Source: Podarcis muralis
Taxonomy: Eukaryota
Assembly (NCBI RefSeq): GCF_964188315.1
Contig: NC_135656.1
Location: 38,564,001 to 38,628,000, forward strand
Reading direction: 5' to 3'
Length of the DNA stretch: 64,000 nucleotides
Part shown: positions 1 to 12,870 of the stretch, in pieces
Position numbering within the stretch: position 1 is the first letter of the stretch
Layout: the number at the start of each line of letters is the position of its first letter
Translations under genes and position numbers: made by a program
Notes under the pieces: generated by a model
The model's input: only the letters and a program-made list of their open reading frames with translations
What the model was told of the DNA's origin: nothing
The model's database searches: none

Positions 1-47
1 AAAAAACCCTTCTCTGGTATCCCCCCAAACCTCTGGAGTAGATTTGC

Positions 48-99
48 ATGGTATGAGGCATGCAGGTGAGGTGATGGTATGAGGCATGCAGGTGAGGTG
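48..99. repeat. Perfect 26-bp tandem duplication (ATGGTATGAGGCATGCAGGTGAGGTG x2)
   Basis: Seen directly: identical units at 48-73 and 74-99, at the edge of the retroelement coding remnant. Confidence 0.95.
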
Positions 100-580
100 A
101 TTGCCCATCCTTGTGGCTGTACACATTTGGGCAGATTTATACTCCAGGGTATGTTTTTGGTGTGATAACCAGGCAGTGGTGAGAATCCCGGTGAAACATT
201 CTTCCCAGTCTGACAGGTTCATCAGGTTGCTTCAGGCTTGCTGGCTAGCATCTCTTTCTTAGCAAGTTTGTTCCAGGCCCCGACAACAACATAGCAGATG
301 CTCTGCCTTGGTTTCAGGAGAATCACTTTCAAGCTCTTGCACCTTGGGCTTGGCCCTTTCCCATGGAGTTGTGGGCACTTGGAAACACACTGCGACACAG
401 GGAGTATTACAGTCCATTGTCCCCCTACATTTCAGCCATACTCCAGGGCATGGTCTTCCTTCAAGGTCCTTGGGTCTTAAGCTGGAGCAGGCCCTCACCC
501 ATCTCATCCTCATGAGGAGGATGTTTTGCAATATCTCATGTCTCTTAAGGAACGGGATTTAGTCGTCAAGACAATGTCCT
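100..580 (+). mobile_element. Degenerate DIRS-order (Ngaro-like) retrotransposon: RNase H C-terminus followed by the N-terminal domain of the tyrosine recombinase ORF
   Basis: Manual translation: 101-181 LPILVAVHIWADLYSRVCFWCDNQAVV; after a frameshift, 270-350 VPGPDNNIADALPWFQENHFQALAPWA; 514-576 EEDVLQYLMSLKERDLVVKTM. These resemble the recalled Ngaro-type RNase H motifs (FPIVVA..W...V.FWCDNQAVV; HVPG..N.IADALSRFQ...F..LAP) and the downstream integrase N-terminus. Frameshifts and stops indicate a dead copy. Confidence 0.7.
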
Positions 581-599
581 TGCACATAGCAGTTATCAT

Positions 600-1083
600 T
601 CTATTCTGCAAACTCCTCTGGTTACCTGATCCCTGTAACTCCTTTCACATATGCAGGCTGCTGGAGGGCTAGCATAGGCACAATCCTCTAACCCTGAGCA
701 CTAGGAGGCCAGTCACATACAAACTCTGTCAGTCTTTTCTGGATGCCTTACTCTCTAGCATATTTTGGAGCTCCATGGGTCAGGGAGTGCACTGCAAGAC
801 TCTCAACATTCCCAGCCACCAGGGGACTCCTGCAAAACAACCTGCAGCTGTCTAACTCTTCCCTGAGGCTGCAGGTGCAAGTTTCAAAGACCAACCAGTG
901 GGGTGAAGGGGCTGAACACCTCTCCCCATTCTGGCCCCTGCCCCGTGGCTGACACCAGGAAATTTTTGGCCTACTGTAATCAGTAAAGTTGTGGCCTGTT
1001 TAAATCCCAAAATGCTTGTCCTTGTTCATTGTAATCTCAGCTGGGACTCACAGCCTGTGGCTCCACTATGCCTTGGGCCCACA
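600..1083 (+). mobile_element. Probable terminal-repeat region of the same Ngaro/LTR-like element
   Basis: Follows the coding remnant. Contains AGTAAAGTTGTGGCC (982-996), resembling the AATAAAGTTGTGGCC polyA box I recall from these termini, and ends near ...GGGCCCACA (1083). Boundaries approximate. Confidence 0.45.
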
Positions 1084-3900
1084 ACTTCAGTACGTGTTTA
1101 AAGTATAGCAGGAACAAAACACTAAAAAATAATTTTTATGTTTTCCATTTCTTTGGTTGTGACATCTATAAAAAGATAAAGGGCAGCTCTATAAGAACCC
1201 AGCCTCAGCTCCTTATCTCTTGTTTGAATAGTTAAATGCCATCTTGGTTATTACTCATGCTTTCAACTATTGAAGAATTTTCCTTGCACGCTGACTTCTG
1301 CGCTGTGAATCAGATCTGCAATTTAGACACGCAGCATGCGTGCTGAGGATGCCCACAAAAAGGCAAATATGCTAATCCCTGCTATTTCTATTTTGGCTTT
1401 CAATTTGGCTTCACTGATACAGCTCTCATGAAATTGCTCATATTGAATACAGTAGTCTTCTTTGAGACAGAGGTCTCACATTGCTTAAGGAAGATGGGAG
1501 TTGAAGTCTAATAGCATCTGAGGGCACCATGTTGGCTACCTCTGGGCTATGCATTTGGGGAGGCTTCAACTGGGTGCTATGGGACAGCAGTATTTTGCTG
1601 CTATAAACTGATTTGTTAATGTTCTTGCTGCTAAATGTTGAATTGCGGTTTTAATAATCTTTATTTTATTCCAAATTGGTTAAATGGTACAATATTGAGG
1701 GCTCAGTGTGGTTTGAAACTGCAGGATAGTACAGTGTCCCCCAAATCTGCTCTGGATGGCAGAAGGAGATGAAGAGAGAGGGAAGGATGGAGAAGTCCTG
1801 CTACACACACTATGTTGGATCTTGCCCCAATGTTCTCTCCCACACACAAACATACACATATACACACACACTTGAAAGAAACTTTTTTAAAAAGACAACC
1901 GGGGTGTGCCTTTTGTGGGCTCTAAACACTTCCTGATATTCCAAGTTATTCAGGGCACACAGTGAGTCCCTAGCCACCATGAAGTCTAGAATATTAGCAG
2001 TGACAATTCCCTATGAACCACCTTCAAAACTCCAACCTATGGCCTTAAGACTGATGATGAACAGGTGAGTATACATTAGTGCTTTTACAGTGACTTCTGG
2101 GGTTAATCTCTATTGAGATAAAGCAGCAGGTTCAGCATGTGACTGATGCTCTGGCTCAGGGGCAAGGATCCTCTGTTTCTTTGCCAGCAATGCCCAGTTT
2201 GAGCAGTCAAAAGGAGTGGAGAAGAGCTCTCTTGCACCTTCACATCCCACGATCAAATCAGAAACTGGGGTGGCTTTTCTGAATCAAGGATGTCCCTGGA
2301 AAACAGGGACACTTGGAGGGTCTGCCTTCACGGTTACTGGAGTGAATGCTGACTGGTCTGGAGATCCCTTTATTGTTAAATTGCATCAAGATATTTCATA
2401 GTGAATCATGGTGGAATTAAATCAATAGGGACCCTTAGTCTCCCCCTCACTTATGGAACTATGATTCCAAGCTTCTCTGGGGAAATGGGAAGACTATTAA
2501 ACCAATTTAAGTTGGTGGTCCACTGCCATCTAGGTAAAGAGTGTTGTCTGGGCATGTAAATTCAGTAGGTATGAGATGCACAAAGATTTCAAATGAACTT
2601 TGGAATTTCCTAAGCTAAATAGAATAAATCATCATTCCTAGTTGCAAGGTTCCATTCACTTATTATGTGTGTACCAGAACAGATGTACAGCAGAAATCTC
2701 ACAATAAAAATTTAAACCAATAAAACTAAGCTTGAAGCGAAAAAACCCTCCTCTACCTCCCCTCTATTTCTATAAAGCTTCTACAGGATCTACATAAAAC
2801 CTGGACCCTGCTCAGGCTCATCTGCTCCAGCCAAGCTATTCTTATCACAGGAAACCAACTGTCTGCCGCCATGTTCACGTTTGGCTCCAGTACAAACTTC
2901 CTCTCTTGAAGAAGCACACCTGTGGAGGTTACTTTCAGACCTAAACAACCTGCTGAGCCATGATCACCGTTCCTCCCTCCCAGTGATGAAAAGGAACTTC
3001 TTTATTTTTGCAGGAGGAGCCAAATGCCATAAAGCCACTCTCCATTCATTGATTTTAACACAATAAATTATTGCCATTTAGTTCAAGCATTTTATTTTGG
3101 GATCATATTTTGATTTAAGCTTAACACTGTAAGAAATTGTACAGGAAATGCAAAGTGTCGTCCTATAACTACCTCTATGGTTTTGCAAGCCATTCTTTTA
3201 CCTGCTTCTGCAGAGCAGATCAGGAAGGTTCCCCTTTGTTGCATGTTGGTAGGGGTACAATAGCACTTAGACATTATAACTAAATCCAAATGTTATCCAT
3301 ACAAGTGCCTCCATTTTAACAAGTGTTGCATGGGCTAAGTAACCTCTGGTCAACAGAACAGACGAAGTATGCAGATACTAACACTCATTTTAACGAGGTA
3401 AAGCAAAAAACAGATTCTTACAGCATGGCCAATAACTGTGAATGACAAAGCTCAGCAACAGCCTCATGAGTTGTGTGGAAGGCTGGACTGCACTGAAGGA
3501 CTCTGGCAGAGTGGCAGAGTAGCAGAGTAATGAGGAATAGCTGTTTGAGCAACACACTAAGTTATCAGTGAATGAGCACAGCGATACTAGGAAAAACCTT
3601 ATTGCTCCATAAAATGTGGGATTGTTTAAAAAGAGAAATATCCTGCCTTGCAATAATGGGCAAGTATAAATGAGATTATTATGGATCAGGCAAATCAAAG
3701 CAGGACAATATGATGTTTAGTAGAGTTGGTTTTTTTAAAAACAACAACAACCAAGTCTCCATCCCAATGCCACAGGAAAATCTCCACTGAACAGTTTGAA
3801 GAGCACAGCTCCATGGAATTGCTATGCAAACTCACCTCGTGCACTTTTGCATAAACCCATTCTCTGCCCACATCCTTCAGGTAAGCACAATAAAGCACTT

Positions 3901-4143
3901 AAGGACATAAAGCCCTGCTAGAACGGACAATGGGTTTATCTAGTCCAACATCCCATTTCTCACCTTGACCAATGAGATGACTCTCAAAAGCCCACAAGAA
4001 GTGCACTTCTGCAGCCACAAATGACTCCTCTGGTTGCTCTCAACCAGCTGGTATTCAGTGGCCATAGTCAATATATAGCCAAAACGACCAGTATCCATAG
4101 CCTTATCATCCATTAAATTATTGAATCCCCTTTTTCAAAGATC
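3901..4143 (-). mobile_element. CR1 (L3-type) LINE 3' end fragment, degraded
   Basis: Resembles the reverse-strand squamate CR1 3' tail pattern (..CCTGCTAGA..ATCTAGTCCAACATCC..CTGGTATTCAG..GCCTTATCATCCATTAAATT), shared with the 47829 and 51607 copies. Confidence 0.6.
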
Positions 4144-7100
4144 GTCACAATGAAACATGAGGCCATACGGTAAGGCCATGGCAGAAGGTGGGTTTTGGCC
4201 CTAAGTTCCTTGGATCAGACTCCACCGAAACACTTTGTAATAGCAATGACCTTCTGCAAAGCCTGAGTTGGAGAGATTCATGCTGAGGAACATGCATGGT
4301 GTTTGGTACCACATCCCATAATCATCCCCCCCCCCAAGTATGTCTCAGAATTCTGAAATAAAAGGAACATTTTCCTGCAAGTTTTTGAATGGGGTAGTGG
4401 GGAATTACAGACTAGGTTCCTAGGTCTTCAGCTTGAAGCATTTCCTGTCTCTGTACAGCACAGAAATGCCACACACACCCCCCACATTGCCATATGGCTT
4501 TCAGCTACCCCCAGAAGAACAGGAGAAAAAGAATCTGCCTCTTTCCCCACCACTCAACCACAATTTGCCTGCTTGATAACTTTGCAGACTCTTTTGTCTC
4601 TCTATCTGCTTTTTTCCTGGCCAGCACTCTTGATGATGCAGAGAACCAACTTTTCATTTTTTTCTGAAGAAAAGGCCACCACTCAGGTAATGGGCATGCC
4701 CATCTTGATGCATGTATTCATGGAACGGGCCGGACAAATCAGGGTAGGCTGCCATTTTTCCATTCATCTTCTAAATTACTGCTAGTAAAAACACCAGCCC
4801 ACATTACAGAAACATACAAGCCATTACACCTGAAATGGAAGTTCAGTGTTAAGATGGCTAAACCTGTTGTTGCAACATCTTACCTTCTCCAGGCTTTTGC
4901 TAGTGTCTCCAACTATTGCTTTAAAATGGGGAACACTCTTTGCAAAACAAGTTCCCATACCCAGTCTTTCCATGACCTAAAATACACGGACTCTTTCCTA
5001 TGTGTTCCCCACCTCTCTTTAAACTCTCTCTCTCTCTCCCCATCTTCATCTTTGCTGGTGACATCATGCTTCATGCCCTGAAGAGGAAGCTTTTCTGACA
5101 ACTTTTCAATGGCAAGGCCCAGACAAGCCTCCATTCTGCTCCTCAAAGACCCCATCCGAACTGTCCACAAGCAGGATGAACTGTTTTCCCTTTAGACTTT
5201 TCACCCTGCTGTTGTAAATCCCATTGGCATCCAGCCAAGGCCTATGCTAGACACAGCCATAATAGAGTCATTTTTCTTCTGCCCTTCGCAGAAGGAAACA
5301 GCAGAAATGCTCTCCTTTCAAATAGTTTAACAAAGTGCAGATCCCAATTGAAGGTGACTCTGTAACCTCTCCAGCAGAAACCATTGGCTCCACTGCCCTG
5401 TGCTCACCCCATAAGGAAGTAGAGGCCAACACAGACAATTTAAAGGGAAGCATGTATAAGGAGCTGCCTTCAGAGCAGCAGTAATGTGGAGATGCAGCTG
5501 CTCCCCTGGGCTACATCATATGAGAAAATGGGCAGATGAGTGAAATAGTTTTGGAGGAGGGAGGAGCTCTATGAAATTGGTATGGAAAATAACATATTTC
5601 TAGGTGATGCTAGGGTCTCACATTCTTCACTCAGTACATTATCCTCTTCCCATTCCTCCACACTCCTCACTGGTTTGCTACCCTTGCTTCTCCTTCCTTC
5701 TCCCCGCACCGTCCAAATTCAGACTGTAAGTTCCACACAGCAGAGACTTCTTCTGCTACTTGTGCTTTCACAAGAAGCTATGAGGACACTATATAAATCA
5801 ATGGGACGACCACAAAAGCCTACACCTGTCCCTCTGCTTACACAAACCAGAAAATGAGCCAACCAGAATGGAACCATAACTGGCTTTTAAAGAGATAGAG
5901 CCCACAAATAAGTCACAATGAGTTTGGAAACACAAAAGATTATTTCACTTGTAGGTCAGGCACGAGGCCTGGGTGATGGATCTGCTTGCTGAATGTTTAG
6001 GAAATGCTGAACTTTCTTATGTGTGTAGTAAAGATCCACAACAGAAATGATCTGCCCACCTCCCACCCCTCATTCTTTTTTTTTGCCAGGCATATAACAA
6101 GCACAAGCATGAACAACATGTGCATCACCTTTTGGTGCAAATGGTACCAGTCACCCCCACCCCCAGCAAAAAGTACAGCGCAAAGCCTACTTGGGAGCAA
6201 AAGAAGAGGCAGTTCCAGCATTTTCCCTGGTCAGCTGGCACTACTCCATATAGTGAAGCTTGAATCAAAGCAGAAACTCGGCATCATACTTAATGAAATG
6301 GCACAGAATTGTTCTCTAATCTTCCTCAAGCAATCCAAGTGCCAGTCCCTATCTCACCACTCCATCATTACTTGTGTTCCTGTTACGTTTTCTCAGTTAA
6401 TGAACTCCAAATGGCTTCTTGTTCTGGTGCGGAGTTTGCATTGTCATTTGGATCTTGTATTTTCTTTCCACTATGCCAAAGGGTGATGACTCACTTGAAT
6501 TACACATCACTAATAGCTAACAGAAATGTAATGGCATCCACTCCAAAATGGCAATTATTATATCACTGAGGAAGCATGAGACCTCCTGGAGTTCCAGGAA
6601 ATAAGCACACAGTCATGTTTCTAGGGCATGCTGGGAAATGTGGAGTCGTCAATAAATGGACATCAATCAACGTAAACTGCCTGTCTCTAGCTACGTCTCC
6701 CAGAGATTGAATTTTGGAGCCAACACTTTTATCAGCCATCATGATAACACAGAACACTTACTGATAAAATTTGCAACACATCTTCCTATTTACCAGTCTC
6801 TATGACAACAAAGGATAATGGGCTGTCTAGAATAAATGGTTATAATAAAGCAAACTGTACGTTAACACTATCACTATGCGCAGGATGATGTATTTAAGGA
6901 ACTAGATGGAGGTTTATGGGACAAATAGTGTCTCACATTCTTTCCTTCCTTCATTGGTGTTGGCTAATCATTTGTGCTATTCACGCATCTTCACAGAAAG
7001 CTCACAAGCAGTGAGTACCTTTCCCAGCATCCTAGTAAGGGTCTGTCCCCCCCCCCCTTCTTCCTTTTAGTCCAAAAATTGTGTATGCGTTCTGTTTTGG

Positions 7101-9020
7101 AAACAGAGTGTCCGGAAATATTGTATCAACAATTTCCAAAACAGAAATCCACCAACTCATTAGTTCTGTGATAAAAGTAGAAATGGCCTAGTAACAGTTT
7201 CCCCATTTCTCAAGAACATGACATGCTGCTGTGTCTTGCCTTTGCTCATGAAACAGCTCCTAAGGGCTGAAGGACTGGGGGATGAGGACAGTGCGGCACA
7301 TTCAACCCTGATTCAGAGAAGGAAGGGGAGTAACTCACCATGCCAGCTAAACAGACATTCTAGTATAGAACGCTAGCTCACAACATGAGCTCTGCTGGAT
7401 TTGGACAAAAACCCATTGAGTCCTGCATTCTGCTCTCAGAGTGGCCAACTAAGAGAAGCTCACCAGCAGGACCCAACAGAACTCCTTCTGCTTGTGGTGC
7501 CCAGCAACTAGTCATCAGAGGCAAACTGGAGGTAGAACATAGCCACTGAAAGCTACAGCTGGTCAGCAGACCACAGAATATTGGACTACTGGTTTTGAGG
7601 CATAAAAGGGTATTGAAGCTGCAGTTTGTTCTTAATAGAAGCATTACAGCCACATCCTTGGGATGGAGGCTGTGGAGACTAAGCTAACCTGGCTAACAGT
7701 TCTGATGCCTGCTTTCTCTGACAAATTAACTATATCAACAAGTTGATAATTGGGTCCTGGTTGGGCATCATATCTGTTGCATTTGCATGCCTCAGTTGCC
7801 TAGAAATGACTAGGAGAGGCAAAGCTGAGGGTGGTCTACAGATAAGCTTACCTAACTCTAAGTTAAGCCAACCCTTAGTTATTCAAAATTAAATTTTCCA
7901 TGCCTTAGGGATATTTGGTTTTAATTTTTTGTTATTTGTTTTTGCCTTTTAGTTTATTTCTTTAATGGTTTGGCCATAACCAAGGAGGGTGATAAAGAAA
8001 CCTTATAATGCTGGCCCCCATATCCCGTCGACTATTAACTGTGTTATGAGCAGAATGTTTTCCAACCACTAAGGCACAGGTTTTTTTTCTGGAAAAGAGA
8101 AGTTGAAAGAGTAGCTGGAGTGTGTGTTTGTGGGAAACAGAAGAGAGGCCATACTTCAGTGGTAGAACGTATGCACAGCTTGCAGAGTTACACATGCATG
8201 TATTGGAGACCCTAGGATATGAACTTGTCACCCACCTGTCCCTTTATACAAAGCTCCTTGGGAGACAACTTCTTTTCCTTCCTGGGAAATGACATTGCCA
8301 CAAGCAATCTTGCCTGAAAACTGCCAGCACAGACTCTGAAGACTCCTGAGCAATATCAGAAGTGGGAGATATTTGTTTAGAAATATCAATGTTCTGGACA
8401 TTTAAAAATAGTGTCCTGACTTTCCACAGCTTAGTATATTGCGTCATGAGCAACTGCACCCCTAGGCTATTAAGTTCTTTGCTAAGCACATCTATGTATT
8501 CCTGATGGGCCACTCACACTGAGATAATTCCTTCTCACATTATCCACATAACATGCACAGTGAGAGGAGCAGCTAGGAGTCTCCTTTGGTTCCAGATTTT
8601 AATTCAGAAAAAGTCCTTTTCAACACTGCCTGCAGCTTAAACCCTCCATTCTTTACCAGACATGGCCTGAAGGCTAGTGACAGTAATTGCTAGCAGCATT
8701 TAAATGGCAGTCTCCCAGAAATAGCATGAATCAATTTGACCTCTCTAGTCTGGATCTACTTCATCAACCAAGCAAATCAATGAAGACAATTAGCGACAGA
8801 AATGGTAATCATGGAAGCAACCAATATCTGCACTAAAAATAACGTCATTTCCATGTGGCATGGAATTTCTCTCTAACTTAACAGGAGCCATGGGTTGTCC
8901 AGTGCCAACTGGAAAATATACTATATGCTCCACAGAAGTGGAAAGGTCTCCAATTCTCTAGTACAGCACATGCTTTGCATGCAAAAGATCTTAGATTCAG
9001 ACACCAACATGTCTAGTTAA

Positions 9021-9274
9021 AGAAGAAGAAGAAGAAGAGTTTGGATTTGATATCCTGCCTTTCACTCCCTTTAAGGAGTCTCAAAGCGGCTAACATTCTC
9101 CTTTCCCTTCCTCCCCCACAACAAACGCTCTGTGAGGTGAGTGGGGCTGAGAGACTTCAAAGAAGTGTGACTGGCTCAAGGTCACCCAGCAGCTGCATGT
9201 GGAGGAGCGGAGACACGAACCCAGTTCCCCAGATTACGAGACTACCGCTCTTAACCACTACACCACACTGGCTC
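9021..9274 (-). mobile_element. CORE/MIR-derived tRNA SINE (Squam3-type), full length
   Basis: Minus strand starts GAGCCAGTGTGGTGTAGTGGTTAAGAGCGG (A box), followed by a B-box-like GGTTCG and CORE-like GCTGGGTGACCTTG..CAGTCAC, and ends in a (CTT)n tail. Nearly identical to the copies at 23650 and 56141. Confidence 0.9.
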
Positions 9275-11373
9275 CTTGCTGAGCCCAGCAGCCCTTTGAG
9301 AGCAAGCATTATGCCTTACAGGTATGATGTATACACAGCCAGAATCACAGCAGAGGTTCAAATGCTCACAAAGAGTCATATTTTAACTTGACATGGCTCC
9401 TACCCTACTACTGCCTCAAAATACCTCTTGCTCTCCAGTGTTCAGGGCACAAAAATCTCCAAGAGTGCTTGCAGTTGGGAGCTTTAACATAGCAAAATAA
9501 CGTTTTTCAGCTAGGTATCTCAAACACTGGCAATAGTTACATGGATTTTCAAACTGAACAGATTTGCAGTAAATGTAAATGGTAAATGTAGATCTAGCTA
9601 CAATGGGAAAAATACAGGCTGGCATTCTGATGCCAAAGATGCTGTGTGAACACTGCAGGAAGAAGAAGAAAATCCGCCTGCATGAGCAGTCCAAGTCCCA
9701 TAATAAACACTAATCTGAAAGCACCACAAGTTTATAACAACAACTATGTGGAACAAATACTAACCTTTCCAAATGTGTAACCAAAAATAAATCATGCAAA
9801 CAACAGAAATGTGTATAATCTAATAGTACAAATTTAATCCCACTCACACTACAGGATTTTAGAATGGCTGATCTGACACTCCTGATGACTTCCTGAGAAG
9901 TGTGTCTCTTAAAGGAGCAGCACATTCATTAATTCCTTCTGTATATCCATAGGCCGCGTGCAGTAGAACTGCTTCCTAGCTGTTGAGTAACTTGCTCTGT
10001 AGTAAACACAAGCCCCCTTTCAAAGCCAGAGTTAATTCCGCTGAACTATACAGCTTTGAACCTGCCATTATCAGCCCCACACCTGCCCTGCCAGGAGGCC
10101 TTTATTTAGCACTAACATTCATCACCCCGACTGAGCACATAAATAATGCCATTACCCACTCCAAGCTGTGATAAAATTAGCAGTGTAAACAGAGAAAGTA
10201 AATGACCTTAGTGGAAAACCATTGTTGATCCTGACCCAACACTTACAAAGCAGATTAGTCAGAGAAGAGCAGGACAGGATGACAAGGGCTCCTGGGGACT
10301 GCGTATTTTTTAATTTTTTAAAAAACCCGAGTCTCCAGAATGTTTATTCTTAGGAAAAGATCTAGTTCCCTTTGCAAATTTTACAAGATCCATGGCTCTC
10401 AAAAAAGGAGGTGTTAAAGCAGAGTTCTTTCCTGATATCTGCCAGCTTAGACAGAGTGCTTCCTTACTGCCCATCAGTTCTAAACTGCCCCCTTTAATGT
10501 GGAAGACAGAGAATGAACAAAGTTTATCCTACCTTGTTTTCTTCTGGGAAATTACTACCTAGAATTCCTCCCTACTCCAAAAAAGGGGGGGGGCGGGAGA
10601 AAGAATAAATGAAATGAGCTGCCCCTGGCTCTGCACTGGAGACCATATTTCAGAAAGTTTTTAGTCTCCCCCACCCCTCTTGAACCTGGAGGCTTCCCGT
10701 GAGAATAAACGAAGACCACTGCCCTTACAGAGATTAGTAGAAGCTGCCTGAAACCATTTCCAATTGGCAGCTGCTCCATATGGTGGCAAAATGTGGTCCA
10801 ACAGCACTTTATATGGAGTGCTCCCATTTATATGGCAAGCATCCATGCTACCGCTACTCGTTTATTGCCGTGTTCAAATTCACCCCGCAAAAGAACTTCA
10901 TTGAAAGAGAATTTGCACAAGGACTATAAATGGACCAAGATATCAATTGACTCCTATTTGTATTGCAGTGTATGTGACAGATATCTAATTGTCTCATTAT
11001 CTGTATTAGCTTAATTAGGTGGCAAGCTCCTGAAAAGGAGGTGAGACAGAGAATTGCTGTTTACATGGAGCTCAAAATATGGGGATAGAGAATACCGGAT
11101 TTCTTGTGTTTACCCCATGTATCATGTTAGGATAGGCAAAATTTGATCCATTTTGGTTCCCCTAGCAAAATGCTTCCTTCCCCACACTTATTGAAAGTAT
11201 AGGTGCAGAGAGGGTTCCTTTGCTTCCCAGCATACATGGGAGTTGTTGCACATGGACACAGTGGAATTTAGGACTCAACCTGAGGTCCAGTTATTCTTGC
11301 AATTTCTCCTCTGCATTTGGGATGTTTGCAAAATGGGGCCCATGGAGGATTTGTGGTAGGGAAACCCTTAGCC

Positions 11374-11509
11374 CAGGCTTCCCCAACTGTGGCCCTCCAG
11401 ATGTTTTGGGCCTGCAACTCTCATGATCCCTAGCTAGCAGGACCAGTGGTCAGGGATGATGGGAACTGTAGTCTCAAAACATCTGGAGGGCTGAGGCTGA
11501 GGAAGCCTG
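11374..11509. mobile_element. hAT-superfamily MITE (136 bp)
   Basis: Terminal inverted repeats CAGGCTTCC... / ...GGAAGCCTG. 8-bp TSD CCTTAGCC (11366-11373) / CCTCAGCC (11510-11517). Internal inverted repeat of the CTACAACTCCCATCATCC type, also seen in the 43899 element. Confidence 0.85.
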
Positions 11510-12659
11510 CCTCAGCCCACTCCTGTTCTGCTCCTATTTGCAGATTCACAATAGGGCTGATTTAAAACTAACAGATTCCTTCTAAATTGTTTGAATTTAA
11601 AACAGGCCTGAGTAAGGCAACCACCCGGTAGCTGGCTTCCCACCCACCTACTCAACCCTGTTTCCCAAGGAAACATACCCCACTTTGATGAAAGGCAGGA
11701 CTCTGAGAAACTCCAGACTAGGCCCATCCTTGAAGAAACAGCACCAGCCTCTCTCCCAGCTATCACAACTGGCAATTGCTTTGCAATCACAAATTTAACA
11801 CAGGCAAACAGCATCAGCTGTGTCAAGGACTGGGAGCAAGAGTGGAAAAGTGGGTGGAGCTTTCAGACCAGCAAGGTTAAAGCTTCCCTCCCTTTGCATG
11901 TTGAAAGCAGTGAGGCAGGAGATGATAAGTCTTTCTTTGAGTGTCCCTAAGTGTAATTGGGGCTGCCAAGATGGGAAATGAGGTGGCATACCAGATGCCT
12001 TCTTACCACAGGGGGAAGCTCTGCAGCAGACATGAAGCAGCCACACTCTACAGGACTTGGCTGTGGCTTCCTACAATACTGTAGAAGGAACACCTGGCAG
12101 TGGTGGACCTTGGGGTCTCAAATTTCAATGGTGCCAAAATTTGGCACGCCCCTTCCTCTCACCCTCCATTCTAAATCATAGTTGCCCCCAAGACACTGCG
12201 CCCAGTGTGACCGAACTGCTCATGCTCTCCTAAATCCACTCTGGCCAGTATGAGACAATATTGTCACAAGGCAGGCATCTAGCAGGCACAACCTCTTCCT
12301 TGCTTGTTTTTTTGTTGCTATGGGCGGTGACCATTTTGCAAGAGGGTTCTGTTCCTGGCTCCAAAACGCATCAGTGGGACACAAGTATGCCCATTCTGCC
12401 CCCTGTCCTGCCCTCTTCTGGGTCCGTGCATCAGCAATCCTGCATCAATTGGATGCATGCAAAACGGTCACCACCTGTGCTATCTCCTGGAAGTTGTGAC
12501 CCCTGTAAATGCAAACTGTATTCTTGCTTACTCTCCAGTGTGTGGATTAAGGACCCTTCCTACAGAGGCTAGATTTTGCTCCAGGAATACGCAAATGTCT
12601 AATATTGGAGACTGAGACACAGCAGTGGTATTAGTGACTATAGTACATTAATGATTAAT

Positions 12660-12831
12660 TTTAAATGAATATTGTAGAATATTGTGATTCATGGGCTCAC
12701 ATTTAATTTCATCCTGATTTTAATTTTAAGCTGTATTTTAATCAAATGTTTGATTGTTTTTTGATGTATCATATATTTGGTGTTAGCTGCCCTGAGCCCG
12801 GTCCTGGCCGGGGAGGGCGGGGTAGAAATAA

Positions 12832-12867
<36 letters not shown>
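12660..12867 (+). mobile_element. L2-like LINE 3' end with (ATT)12 tail
   Basis: T-rich 3' UTR, then TGTTAGCTGCCCTGAGCCC..GGGAGGGCGGGGTAGAAATAA, then (ATT)12 at 12832-12867. The 5' boundary is approximate. Confidence 0.6.

Positions 12868-12870
<3 letters not shown>

Noticed and set aside
6004-6486. 160-aa plus-strand ORF
   Set aside because: Cys/Ser/Phe-rich composition typical of non-coding DNA, runs through homopolymers, and has no recognisable domain or splice context.
7330-7360. Strong minus-strand donor ATG|GTGAGT near 7338
   Set aside because: Upstream frames close quickly. Only a 21-nt micro-exon with a weak acceptor is possible.
9041-9391. Similar ORFs starting MDLIS.. at 9041, 23662 and 56134 that look like a small gene family
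   Set aside because: They are antisense translations of three copies of the same SINE.
10770-10840. CCATATGG / TTTATATGG cluster as CArG (SRF) boxes
   Set aside because: None matches CC(A/T)6GG exactly.
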